From positions 206,481-270,480 of the forward strand of contig PFAD01000008.1 of assembly GCA_002773795.1 (NCBI GenBank): a stretch of DNA of 64,000 nt. Reading direction: 5' to 3'. A program made the translations under genes and the position numbers. The DNA is from Chlamydiae bacterium CG10_big_fil_rev_8_21_14_0_10_42_34 (lineage in GTDB: Bacteria > Chlamydiota > Chlamydiia > Chlamydiales > SM23-39). Positions 54,820-63,909 of the stretch are shown here, in pieces. The stretch's first letter is position 1, and every line of letters starts with the position of its first letter. Below the pieces are notes generated by a model. It worked only from the letters and a program-made list of their open reading frames with translations. It had not been told where the DNA came from and did no database searches.

Positions 54820-56049
54820 TTACATAATTTGCTGAACAACTTCTGCGATTAATATAAGAATTGCAAAAGTCATTAGGACGATCAAGGTTATTTTACCGCC
54901 AGGAAGTTGGTCTTTTTCTCTTGGGTAGCGTTTGATGTACCTGCCGACCCAAGCGAGAAGCGGAGGCATAAGGCCGAATAGAAATGCGCAGCTGATTCCA
55001 CCAGCGTAGCCGAGAGCAACGAGGAAGATATTGGGCCAGACAATGGCAATCACCATCGGGATCCCAAATACGACGCAAGTGAGGATGAATCTATGAAGAC
55101 CATCTCGTTTCCACTTCAAGCCATCTCTCAAAAAGTCGAAGAAAGCGAGCGCTAGGGGGATAAAAGATGTTGTCAGAGCAAAGAAAGCAAAATACTTTCC
55201 AATGACAAACACTTGGGGGACTAACTCTTTCATAGGTCCAATCGCATTTTGGCCTTGCTTACTTGCTTCGATAAGGCCGCCAGCACCTTCTGCAGGAATG
55301 ATCCCTAAAATGGCCAATTCCCAAATGAGGTAGATCACAAGAGGGATCGAGGATCCGAGAAAGATTGCCAAGCGGACCTTTTTGGCATTTCTTTCCATAT
55401 AGGTCATCAAAGTCGGGATGATGACCTGATAGGTAAATGCAGTGAAAAGGATCGGTAGGGCAAGCCAGGCTTTGCCCCAGTTTGCATAGGATAAATTTGT
55501 AATTTCAATCTTGTCCACAGAGACAGCTAAAAATGCAAAATAGGTGATGACGACTCCGCTGATCAAAAACATGTTGAGCCGATCTACTGAATGGGCACCT
55601 AAATACACAACGGGAGCAAGCACGGATGAGTAGATGATAACAGCTGCCCAGTTGGGGAGATCCCAGCCCGTGATATCGAGGATGACAGAGCCGCCTCCAG
55701 CAGCATGGGCGATCATGACCGTTACGAATAAGAAAAGGTATACAACCCAAAAAACATTGCGGCCAAGAGGCCCTAAAATCCGCTCAGCCATTGAAATAAA
55801 GCTGCTGTCCTTGGGCATCCAGAGACACACTTCGACAAGTAAAAGCCCGGTGCAGAGCATAAATGCCCAGCAAATGAGGTAAATAATCGCGGACGGGACA
55901 AATCCTCCAGCGCCAGTTGCAACTGGTAATGCGAGCATCCCAACGCCAATTGTCGTTCCTGCAATGAGTAAGGTTCCTCCCACTACGTGGCCTAAAGAGT
56001 GGATGATTCTCATAGTATCTCCTTCATATTTGCTAGCCATAATACCCAT
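54820..56049 (-). CDS. tyrP: Aromatic amino acid permease (HAAAP family, TyrP/Mtr-like)
   Basis: GTTIGVGMLALPVATGAGGF is the family N-terminal motif. About 11 TM segments. Confidence 0.8.
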   Translation of the reverse strand: MGIMASKYEGDTMRIIHSLGHVVGGTLLIAGTTIGVGMLALPVATGAGGFVPSAIIYLICWAFMLCTGLLLVEVCLWMPKDSSFISMAERILGPLGRNVFWVVYLFLFVTVMIAHAAGGGSVILDITGWDLPNWAAVIIYSSVLAPVVYLGAHSVDRLNMFLISGVVITYFAFLAVSVDKIEITNLSYANWGKAWLALPILFTAFTYQVIIPTLMTYMERNAKKVRLAIFLGSSIPLVIYLIWELAILGIIPAEGAGGLIEASKQGQNAIGPMKELVPQVFVIGKYFAFFALTTSFIPLALAFFDFLRDGLKWKRDGLHRFILTCVVFGIPMVIAIVWPNIFLVALGYAGGISCAFLFGLMPPLLAWVGRYIKRYPREKDQLPGGKITLIVLMTFAILILIAEVVQQIM

Positions 56050-56103
56050 TTTTGAGGAAAATGAAAAACTTTAAATCTATTCTTGGACAATAGGAGTTTT
56101 TTT

Positions 56104-56976
56104 ATGGGCTTAAAAATCTTCCCGTTTCTCATCTGTTTTTCTCTGATTGCAACAGAGAAACTAGAGCTTCAAAGAGAAGATTCCTCAGAGCTCATCTGTT
56201 ACTGCGATCTCCCTTCAAAGGCTCCTTTTCCGATTACACTTATTTTGCCAGGATCTCAAAAAGAGACCTCGCTACGCACCCACAACTCTCTAAAAAATGA
56301 TCTTTTGAAAATCAATAGCTGCGTCCTTACCTTAGAAAAGCGGGGCGTGTCGGAAGGGAAAGTCGATGACAAAGAGTTCGTCGAGCATCTTTCCTTAACG
56401 GACCGGTTTGAAGATCATCTGCTCGTGCTCACGCAACTTGAAAACGGCCTAATTCCTGGCTGGAATGGAAAGATTTCTCTGTTAGGGCAGGGGGATGGGG
56501 GGAGAATTGGCGCAAAAATCGCAGCTACAAATACAAATATATCTGCCCTCATCCTGATCGCAGCTGGTGGTGGCTGGACTCCACTTCAAGAAGCGCTTTA
56601 TTCATTTCGCTCTGAGATGGTAGATCAAGGCTACTCACCCCAGTATATCCATGGATTTCTCGTAAAGGCGCGCCAAGAGTTCGCACAGGCCCAAGAGCTT
56701 CCCAAGGCGAAGCATATTGCATTTGGGTATAGTTATAAATACTGGGACTCACTCATAAATACGCATCTGATCGAAGATCTAGCTAAGCTAAAGTGCCCGA
56801 TCTATTCAGTCAATGGGATTAAAGATGACCGCGTGCCCATTGAAAGTGTCGATGAAATGGCAAAATACCTTAAAGACAAAGTGACATTTATCCGCAAAGA
56901 GAAGATGGGAAGAGAGATCATTCAAGATCACGAGATCTATGAAGAGGCAATCTCATGGCTGGAAAAGTCTCTGTAG
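56104..56976 (+). CDS. Exported alpha/beta-hydrolase-fold-like protein (nucleophile elbow not canonical)
   Basis: Signal peptide MGLKIFPFLICFSLIA. The layout is hydrolase-like (LILPGS..., LLGQGDGGRIG, NGIKDDRVP), but I cannot find a clean GxSxG. Confidence 0.4.
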   Translation: MGLKIFPFLICFSLIATEKLELQREDSSELICYCDLPSKAPFPITLILPGSQKETSLRTHNSLKNDLLKINSCVLTLEKRGVSEGKVDDKEFVEHLSLTDRFEDHLLVLTQLENGLIPGWNGKISLLGQGDGGRIGAKIAATNTNISALILIAAGGGWTPLQEALYSFRSEMVDQGYSPQYIHGFLVKARQEFAQAQELPKAKHIAFGYSYKYWDSLINTHLIEDLAKLKCPIYSVNGIKDDRVPIESVDEMAKYLKDKVTFIRKEKMGREIIQDHEIYEEAISWLEKSL

Positions 56977-57090
56977 GAAGAGGTCGGTTTAACATAACAT
57001 GTATTATCAGACGTTAAAAACGGGCCCCCTCGGCAAGGAGTGGGTGTCTAGAGCCGTAAAGAAAAGCTCGAGTTATTTAATAGCTGAGCT

Positions 57091-58329
57091 CTAAACTTTT
57101 TGCCTTTTGGCAGTTTTTGGGTTGGCTTGCATATCGAGTCTTCTAAGATACCTATCGGCTTCTTTATCATCTTGTGCGGCAGCAAGCTCTAAGTATCTTC
57201 TCCCCTCCTCAATATTTTTCTCTATACCCGTCCCTTCAACCAAGCAAATTCCAAGCGCACGCTGTGCTGGGGCATGCTCTTTGTCTGCGGCTAGTTTAAA
57301 AAGGTTTACGGCCTTTACGAGATTTCTTTCAACGCCTTCTCCCACTCCATAGAAGCTGCCTAAAGCAAACTGGTGGTAGGGAGATTCTTGAGCGGCTCCT
57401 GCTTCTGCCCAAAAAACAGCCCTTTTGGGATCTTTTTTTACTCCAATTCCACCAAGATAACATTCTATTAAGCAAGCTTGGGCAAGAAGAACCCCTTTTT
57501 CTGCTGATAATTCAAAAAGTCTTACAGCTTCTTTGAGGTCTTTTTTAAACCCTATTCCTTCTCGGTAACAAAATGCTAGCTGAGCCCGAGCCTCATCTTG
57601 AATAGCCTCTTCCTTTATTGCTCGTTCAAAAATTTCTGCTGCACCCTCGGGACCTTTTCCAAAGCCTTCTGCATAACAAATACCTAAGGGAATTAGAGCG
57701 TTGAGATTTCCTTGTGCTGCAGCATTTTCAAAAAATCTTACGGCTTTTTCACGGTCCACATCAGTTCCTTGAGCAGAAAAATAGCAATACCCCGTGCTAT
57801 GCTGAGCGTTCACATGCCCTTGTGCTGCAGCAAGCTCATAAAGCTCTAGCGCTTTTTTATAGTTCTGCTCCACTCCTTGGCCAGAGTAATAGCACTCACC
57901 CAACTGGTATTGAGCGTTTGGATCTCCCGCTAAACTATCTTTATACGCCCTCATAAAGTTTTGCGATTCAGGATTAAAATCTAGTTCGCAATGAAGAGAG
58001 AATGTTTTTTCTTTGAACTCATCTAAAGCAAGGCAGTATAGCTTTTCATGCGGCTCTCTTGTTAAGGGATTGACAATCCTCCCTTGAGTACAAATATAGG
58101 ATAAAAGCTCAGAAGCATTAAAAAAATGACAAAAGGTTTTTTCAGCAACATCGGAAACCATCATTGCAAGCAAATAAACAGGGGTCTTGCTAGCATCAAT
58201 AGCCGTTTGATAGGAATCAAGGGAAATAGACTCGTTTTCACTGGCGTCAAACGTTTCTGGCAAACCTCGCCCGTTCCCTAAAAAACTTAAATCAAGTCTG
58301 TATTTGCTGCTGTCTACTGGATTGCTCAT
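57091..58329 (-). CDS. Sel1-like (SLR/TPR) repeat protein
   Basis: There are at least 6 repeats of the A..LG.CY..G.GV..D..KAV..FE.AA.QG type. The N-terminal 120 aa or so are distinct. Confidence 0.8.
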   Translation of the reverse strand: MSNPVDSSKYRLDLSFLGNGRGLPETFDASENESISLDSYQTAIDASKTPVYLLAMMVSDVAEKTFCHFFNASELLSYICTQGRIVNPLTREPHEKLYCLALDEFKEKTFSLHCELDFNPESQNFMRAYKDSLAGDPNAQYQLGECYYSGQGVEQNYKKALELYELAAAQGHVNAQHSTGYCYFSAQGTDVDREKAVRFFENAAAQGNLNALIPLGICYAEGFGKGPEGAAEIFERAIKEEAIQDEARAQLAFCYREGIGFKKDLKEAVRLFELSAEKGVLLAQACLIECYLGGIGVKKDPKRAVFWAEAGAAQESPYHQFALGSFYGVGEGVERNLVKAVNLFKLAADKEHAPAQRALGICLVEGTGIEKNIEEGRRYLELAAAQDDKEADRYLRRLDMQANPKTAKRQKV

Positions 58330-58625
58330 TTATGCCTCATTATCAGAGGTATTATAAGGAAGTATACTATAATTTTCAACTAAACAATTAACTTTATATT
58401 GATATCGGCGCTTTAATAAATAAATATTTTTATCGGGATAAGTGTTTGCTAGTAATTCTAGCAGCCTGCTTTTTTGGTAGCAGATTGAACTTTTACCATC
58501 TGAAAGTTTTTAAAATCGGATGGAGCTCCAGCCGCATATTGCCCCCCCCCTTTTTTGAAAAACTTCTGTGAAAAATTGATGCCGATCGAATAGACTTTCA
58601 AATATTTTTTATTGGGAGGGATTAA

Positions 58626-58916
58626 ATGGCAGTCCGGCTTCAGTTTTCTTCGAACCATCTATGTGATATTAAATCGTGGCTTGAAAATGGGCATTGCGTC
58701 TCTCTTGAAAGCAATACAATCAAAAGACACTTCCATCAGGCAATCCCCGATGGTAAAACAGATCTGCAAGAGCGCTTAATTGTTCACCTGAACGTGGGAA
58801 GGCAGGTTGGGATCCTAAATGATGGCGAATGGGATCGGGTTATTAAAGATGCGGGTTTTGTGGAGTGTATAGCTTGCCCCAAGAACACGATACATTCCCG
58901 TAGGCTAAAGCTCTAG
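58626..58916 (+). CDS. Hypothetical protein (96 aa)
   Basis: Unopposed ORF between two minus-strand genes. No SD or motif is evident. Confidence 0.25.
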   Translation: MAVRLQFSSNHLCDIKSWLENGHCVSLESNTIKRHFHQAIPDGKTDLQERLIVHLNVGRQVGILNDGEWDRVIKDAGFVECIACPKNTIHSRRLKL

Positions 58917-58921
58917 TATCC

Positions 58922-59779
58922 TTAAATATCACTTTTTTCCTCTCGATCTTCATGAGAGTTAAACCCTGCCATATGGAAAATGATTGGAATTATATTTCTT
59001 TCAAACATGTCGCTATAAAAAAAGTGAGCGTTAAGATCTGAAGCTTCTTGAGATTCTGCATCTCCAATAAGGAAAAAAAAGGGGCTTTCCTTTATGGCTA
59101 ACTTGTATTGTTCTTCTAGTTCGCTTAATTTTTCATGTAAAAACCTTATCCTATCAACTTGGTTATTTACATGAATTGAATTGATGTATTCGCGCATTTG
59201 GTGAAAATGACGATCTCCCGCCTGGATGAGAATTTTGAACGTCTTTAGTGGATTAAATCGACGCTTGTAACTCCCCTTGATTGCGCACTCAATTGGACTG
59301 AGCCCTTGACTGAGGATAATTTGAGCTCCCTCATCCACTAAAGCCTCTAATACATCGCTATGGCCTTTCAGCGCAGCTAGATGAAGAGCGGTTTCATTCA
59401 CTCCGCGCCTTTGCGCATTGATATCTGCCCCTTTTTTAATGAGGTTGATTACCCCCTCAACGTTTCCAATTTTAGCAGCGATATGTAATGGTGTTCTCCC
59501 CTTTTCATCGCACTCGTTGATGTCATAGATACCTGTATTTAATACAAGGTCTAAGGTTTCTTTGCTTCTTAACCTTGCAACATCGTGCAAAAGGAAGGGG
59601 CGTCTGTCTTTTAATCCCTCAAGCCCCCTTGCTATTTGTGCCCTGATTACTAATCTCTTCCCAAACTCTAAAATGCGACTCGGTATTTTTTTTTCTGGGA
59701 TCGTAGGAAAAAGCTCAGTTGGCTGGCCGTAATTATCAGGTTCTTGGATAAAGGGATTGTTACTTGAAATTGCTGACAT
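58922..59779 (-). CDS. Ankyrin-repeat protein
   Basis: It contains GRTPLHIAAKIGNVEGVINLIKKGADINAQ and ETALHLAALKGHSDVLEALVDEGAQ, plus flanking degenerate repeats. Confidence 0.85.
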   Translation of the reverse strand: MSAISSNNPFIQEPDNYGQPTELFPTIPEKKIPSRILEFGKRLVIRAQIARGLEGLKDRRPFLLHDVARLRSKETLDLVLNTGIYDINECDEKGRTPLHIAAKIGNVEGVINLIKKGADINAQRRGVNETALHLAALKGHSDVLEALVDEGAQIILSQGLSPIECAIKGSYKRRFNPLKTFKILIQAGDRHFHQMREYINSIHVNNQVDRIRFLHEKLSELEEQYKLAIKESPFFFLIGDAESQEASDLNAHFFYSDMFERNIIPIIFHMAGFNSHEDREEKSDI

Positions 59780-59952
59780 ATTGTTTTTAATAATTAAGAT
59801 TATAGATATTATATCGCAAATAATGGAAATTATTCAACCTTGAATCAATATATCGTACTTACCTGACTATAAGCTTGTTAAAAGAAAAAATATTGGCGGG
59901 ATAGGCTCATAATAGATATGATCATGCCCCTTTTAAAAACAAAGGAGTTTTC

Positions 59953-60456
59953 ATGTCATCCTTACCAGCGATTTACTCAGGGCTATCATTAACAAATGAG
60001 TGGGAAGTGGATATTGATGGGGATAAGTTCTCAAACCAAGAGCCAATGTGGGTGATTGATCAATCCACCGGGGAAAGATACCTGAATGAATCGGATGCGA
60101 CAATACGGAGAAAAGGCGGCTTGCTTGCCATTTTTTGCTGTATCCCTAACCTAGGTACTTCTCTCATGTCAATGGGTGGTCGTTTTCTGGATCTTACCTG
60201 TATTCCTGATGAGTCTGCAAGAAATGAAAGTAAGGAGACTAAGATTGCGAAGATGATTTATGCGCCAATAACCTATCTTGGTATGCAGTTTGCCGCTTGT
60301 TACGCATGCTTAGGGAACCCCAAAGACGGAAGAAAGCTTTTTACTCAATTAGAGTCGATCCAATACGGCGATACAGACTCATTTGCCCCCTGCTTTAAGC
60401 CTCAAGCAAAAAAGCATCTGCTCGGAGGGAATCTTGAAATGCACAATAGCTACTAG
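59953..60456 (+). CDS. Hypothetical membrane protein, orphan family member 2 (paralog of 26287..27048)
   Basis: It shares these blocks with member 1: WEVD, IDQSTGERYL, IRRK, two hydrophobic segments, DGRKL and APCFKP....HLLGG. Confidence 0.5.
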   Translation: MSSLPAIYSGLSLTNEWEVDIDGDKFSNQEPMWVIDQSTGERYLNESDATIRRKGGLLAIFCCIPNLGTSLMSMGGRFLDLTCIPDESARNESKETKIAKMIYAPITYLGMQFAACYACLGNPKDGRKLFTQLESIQYGDTDSFAPCFKPQAKKHLLGGNLEMHNSY

Positions 60457-60530
60457 CTAACTGATATAGCGCTTGCGAAAATGAGTGAGCGCATGATAAC
60501 TTACCCGTTTTTTAAAGAAGGAAACTTATT

Positions 60531-61124
60531 ATGATTGCAGTGACCCCTACAGTTGTACCACACACTCAGCCCGCACAAGCTCCTATGGCACCGCAAGAAA
60601 AAAAAGTTATGAGCGCGGCTATGAAAGCATTAAAAGGGGTTTCGCAAGAAGCTCTTGCGTATCATTCTCGACAACATCTTTTAAAGGCCAATCGCCTTGA
60701 CGGCCTCCTAGAAATTATTCGCGAGGGCTGCGCTGAGAATGTTGAGCCAGATTGGGAAACTGATGAAGTAAAAAACAGCAAAGACCCTTCCCTCAAATTA
60801 CAGACTTTAATAATGGACTTTTACAATGAAAGAGCTCGGCTAAGGATGGCCATTAAAAATAATGATTTTGACTCTTCTGAACTCAAAGAGTATCTTCGAG
60901 ATCAAGGATACTCACTTGAAAAGCTTCAGGCTCAGTGTGAAGAGGATGGCAGGTCACTTGCCGATGCACTAGCCCAAAATTGTATACGTGATGGCGATAC
61001 AGAAGTTTGGAGCATGCTCCCAGATGATTTAGTGCAAGATTACAAAGTCAAACTTCAGACAGATTATAAAATAGAAAGAGCTTTTTCAGCGTTTTTGGCA
61101 GAGGCCGCTATTACCAAAAATTAA
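60531..61124 (+). CDS. Hypothetical protein (197 aa, acidic/helical)
   Basis: Unopposed ORF. I recognise no domain. Confidence 0.45.
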   Translation: MIAVTPTVVPHTQPAQAPMAPQEKKVMSAAMKALKGVSQEALAYHSRQHLLKANRLDGLLEIIREGCAENVEPDWETDEVKNSKDPSLKLQTLIMDFYNERARLRMAIKNNDFDSSELKEYLRDQGYSLEKLQAQCEEDGRSLADALAQNCIRDGDTEVWSMLPDDLVQDYKVKLQTDYKIERAFSAFLAEAAITKN

Positions 61125-62331
61125 AGTCTTGTTCTGAGGCGTCTTCTTGCATTCGATCAGCTTCGCGATTGTAGCCGTTGACGTACCCTTCTTTTTCGGC
61201 ACGCAATCGAATCTGGCGGTAGTATTTAGAAGTCGTTCCTACAAGAACAGAATTTTTAAATGTGAGGGGGGGCTTGTTTTGGTAAAACCAGATATCGTAG
61301 ATGTCTTCGTCAAGTCGGTAGGTCTCGTATCGATTGGGAGAGCCTGCGATATTGGTCACTTCCGTTTCAGTCATCCCAATTTGGACTTTATGCATTGATT
61401 GACGTTTTGCCAAAGGCTCCTGTGAGCTGATTTCTGATTCTGCTTGCATTTCAGTGGGTAAAATATCTGCAGTTTTTGCGCACGCTCTACATTTTAGTTT
61501 AAAATATCGATCTTCGCTCATGCCGATGAAGGCTTGATTTCGAAAAACAGCCGGAGTTTGGTGTTGAGGGATGATCGAAGTTGCCCCTGTTTTACTCGGG
61601 ATTGTATCAAAGTAGAAAATGTCGTAGATATCCCCATTGAATACAAACGAGTCGGTTTTTGTCGGCTTTCCATATAGGTGAACTGCTTGTTCCTCATTCA
61701 TTCCGTAAACTAGGTCTTTGGGTGTAGTTTGCGGTTTGCACGGGTTGCATGGCGCTTCAGTTGTGTGCGTCGGCACTTCTTTCGGTTCTGGAATTTCAAG
61801 CGGCGCTTTTTTTCTGACTTGTTTTTGAGGGCTATTGGGCCCTGCTGGAATTAAAGTTGATGGAGATTTAGTTTGCGTTTTGGGGTGTTGATTTGGCTCA
61901 GGACGAAGCGCTTTTTCAAATTCGATATCTTCTACTTCGTGAGTTTTGGGTTTTGGTGGTGGCGGGGTAATTTCAGCCACTTCATCAGCCTCCGCTTTCA
62001 TCGCATAGTAATACCAGTAGTAGCCCGTTCCAACAAGGACGCCATTTTTGAATGTAAGAGGCGTTAGATTTTGTGGGACCATCCGGGTTTGATCAAGTCC
62101 TGTTGCCCGAGTCACATAAAACCAGACGTCATAGATATCATCTTTAACCTGAAAGGACTCATAGCTATAGGGCTTATGCATAATCTGGAGCACTTCCCTT
62201 TCGCTCATCCCTTTGTTAATTTTTGCAATGTGATAAAGATTTGTGTCCGACATTGCTTGGTATTGCAAACCATTGCTAGTCATGCACCCTGCAACGCAGA
62301 TGCCAGATAAGATAAACAAATAGCTTTTCAT
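61111..62331 (-). CDS. Lipoprotein with three BamE/SmpA_OmlA-like repeats
   Basis: The lipobox is in MKSYLFILSGICVAGC. The module GM(S/N/T)E..V....G.P......(D)DIYD(V/I)(W/F)(F/Y)..........F(K/R)N..(L/F)(V/I)G occurs three times, separated by Pro/Lys-rich linkers. Confidence 0.6.
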   Translation of the reverse strand: MKSYLFILSGICVAGCMTSNGLQYQAMSDTNLYHIAKINKGMSEREVLQIMHKPYSYESFQVKDDIYDVWFYVTRATGLDQTRMVPQNLTPLTFKNGVLVGTGYYWYYYAMKAEADEVAEITPPPPKPKTHEVEDIEFEKALRPEPNQHPKTQTKSPSTLIPAGPNSPQKQVRKKAPLEIPEPKEVPTHTTEAPCNPCKPQTTPKDLVYGMNEEQAVHLYGKPTKTDSFVFNGDIYDIFYFDTIPSKTGATSIIPQHQTPAVFRNQAFIGMSEDRYFKLKCRACAKTADILPTEMQAESEISSQEPLAKRQSMHKVQIGMTETEVTNIAGSPNRYETYRLDEDIYDIWFYQNKPPLTFKNSVLVGTTSKYYRQIRLRAEKEGYVNGYNREADRMQEDASEQDFNFW

Positions 62332-62379
62332 AGATGTATCGCCCTTATTTTTGAGCAATACTGCAACTAGATATGGATG

Positions 62380-63222
62380 TCAAGAATTGTTGTTCTCATC
62401 ATCTTCTTCATCGCGCGAGAAGAGCTTTTTTCTCCTCTTCTTTTTCTTTGTAGAAGGGAGATTGCGAAGTGGTGGCGTAAATGGGGCTGCTGGTAGGGCC
62501 GTTTTTTCAAAGGAGACGACTTTCGGGTTAGGGACAGATTCGAGCAGGGAAGAAATAGGATTATCTTTTAAAAAGGGGTCCCCTTCTTCCAATACGTCCC
62601 TTAAAATAACCCCCTCCCCTCCCCTCTTTATGACCTGCTCTGACGAAAAGGCTTTTAGATCTTGCTGATAGGGCTTGCGGGGGACCTCATGAAAAGAGGT
62701 AAGTTTTTGTAAAAGCTCTTGGCGAGACGAACGCGGTAGAGGATGTCGGAAGCTTTGTATGGGCTCATTTTCCGATAAGTCTTCAACAGAGCCATTGATC
62801 GCCTCGACCATTTTTTTTAGCTCGGGCTGAATTGATTTCAACGTTTGTCGAATTGGCTCTTGCGCGGGCTCTTGAATCTGTTTCGATGTACAAAGCTTTC
62901 CAATTGCACCTCGGACCTGTCGCAGTAAAAGACTCGCCTGTTTGACAATAGGCTCAAGGGTAAGTGAGCCTTTTTTAGTCCTATCTCCAGCTTCATCACC
63001 CACCCAAGTAGTGACTTGCTCTTGTATAGTTTGCAGTCTGATTAAAAGCTCTTCTACACTTCTCTTTTGAAGTGAGACGTTTATTTCCGAACCATTCAAG
63101 GCAAACCGCTTGCTCAAAAAAAATGAATTGGGAATTTCATCTTTGATGAAAGGCTCCAAAGCCTCCACTAAACCGAGGAGGATTTCATTTGGCTCCGGTA
63201 AATCTACATAATTTGATTTCAT
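62380..63222 (-). CDS. Hypothetical protein with basic-then-acidic C-terminal tail
   Basis: 280-aa ORF. The C-terminus is PSTKKKKRRKKLFSRDEEDDENNNS. Confidence 0.45.
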   Translation of the reverse strand: MKSNYVDLPEPNEILLGLVEALEPFIKDEIPNSFFLSKRFALNGSEINVSLQKRSVEELLIRLQTIQEQVTTWVGDEAGDRTKKGSLTLEPIVKQASLLLRQVRGAIGKLCTSKQIQEPAQEPIRQTLKSIQPELKKMVEAINGSVEDLSENEPIQSFRHPLPRSSRQELLQKLTSFHEVPRKPYQQDLKAFSSEQVIKRGGEGVILRDVLEEGDPFLKDNPISSLLESVPNPKVVSFEKTALPAAPFTPPLRNLPSTKKKKRRKKLFSRDEEDDENNNS

Positions 63223-63303
63223 AACTTTTAAAAAAGGCCGTTGAGAACAGATTATTGGCGAAGGAAATTAAAAACAATCAAATTATGAATAGATAAACCT
63301 TCT

Positions 63304-63909
63304 CTAAAAAACGGGACCGTAAAGACGATTGAGGCTTTCCTCCGCTTTCAGGGCCAAACTGAGTTTTTCTTCTTTTGTGAAATTTGGACTCGTTTTGATT
63401 ACATGTAAAAATGTGAGAAACCGATTAAGTCGCTTCCTATTAGGATTAAAAAGGGCGTCCGTCAGAAACAAGCATAAGTTTAAAGGACTGACTATGCGCA
63501 TATCTGAATTTTCTACCACAAATTTAAAGTACTCTTCATTGTAATCTTCAGCTAAAGCGAGGTACACAAGGAGGGCCTTTCCGTCATACGTCACGTTTTT
63601 GAGCAGCGGAGCTTGCTCTTCTTTTAGTTCATCAGAAAGTTGAGATTTCTTCTTCCGAGAAACATATTCCTTGAGCAGGTCAATATCTCCTTTTTCTATC
63701 GACTCTTTTAAAAGATCATCCAATGTGCGAGGAAGGCTATCTTTTATCTCCTCAAGCATGATTTTGCTCTCTATGGGTAGAATCTCGATATTTTCCTTTT
63801 TTTCATTGTCTTCAAGCTTGACTTCTTTCTCTCGCAATTTTTTTAAGAATCCACAATAATATCGTTTGTCTTTATCTCCAAGTTGTGAACTCGATTGGAT
63901 CAGATCCAT
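63304..63909 (-). CDS. Hypothetical protein (201 aa, Lys/Glu-rich)
   Basis: Unopposed ORF. I recognise no domain. Confidence 0.45.
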   Translation of the reverse strand: MDLIQSSSQLGDKDKRYYCGFLKKLREKEVKLEDNEKKENIEILPIESKIMLEEIKDSLPRTLDDLLKESIEKGDIDLLKEYVSRKKKSQLSDELKEEQAPLLKNVTYDGKALLVYLALAEDYNEEYFKFVVENSDMRIVSPLNLCLFLTDALFNPNRKRLNRFLTFLHVIKTSPNFTKEEKLSLALKAEESLNRLYGPVF

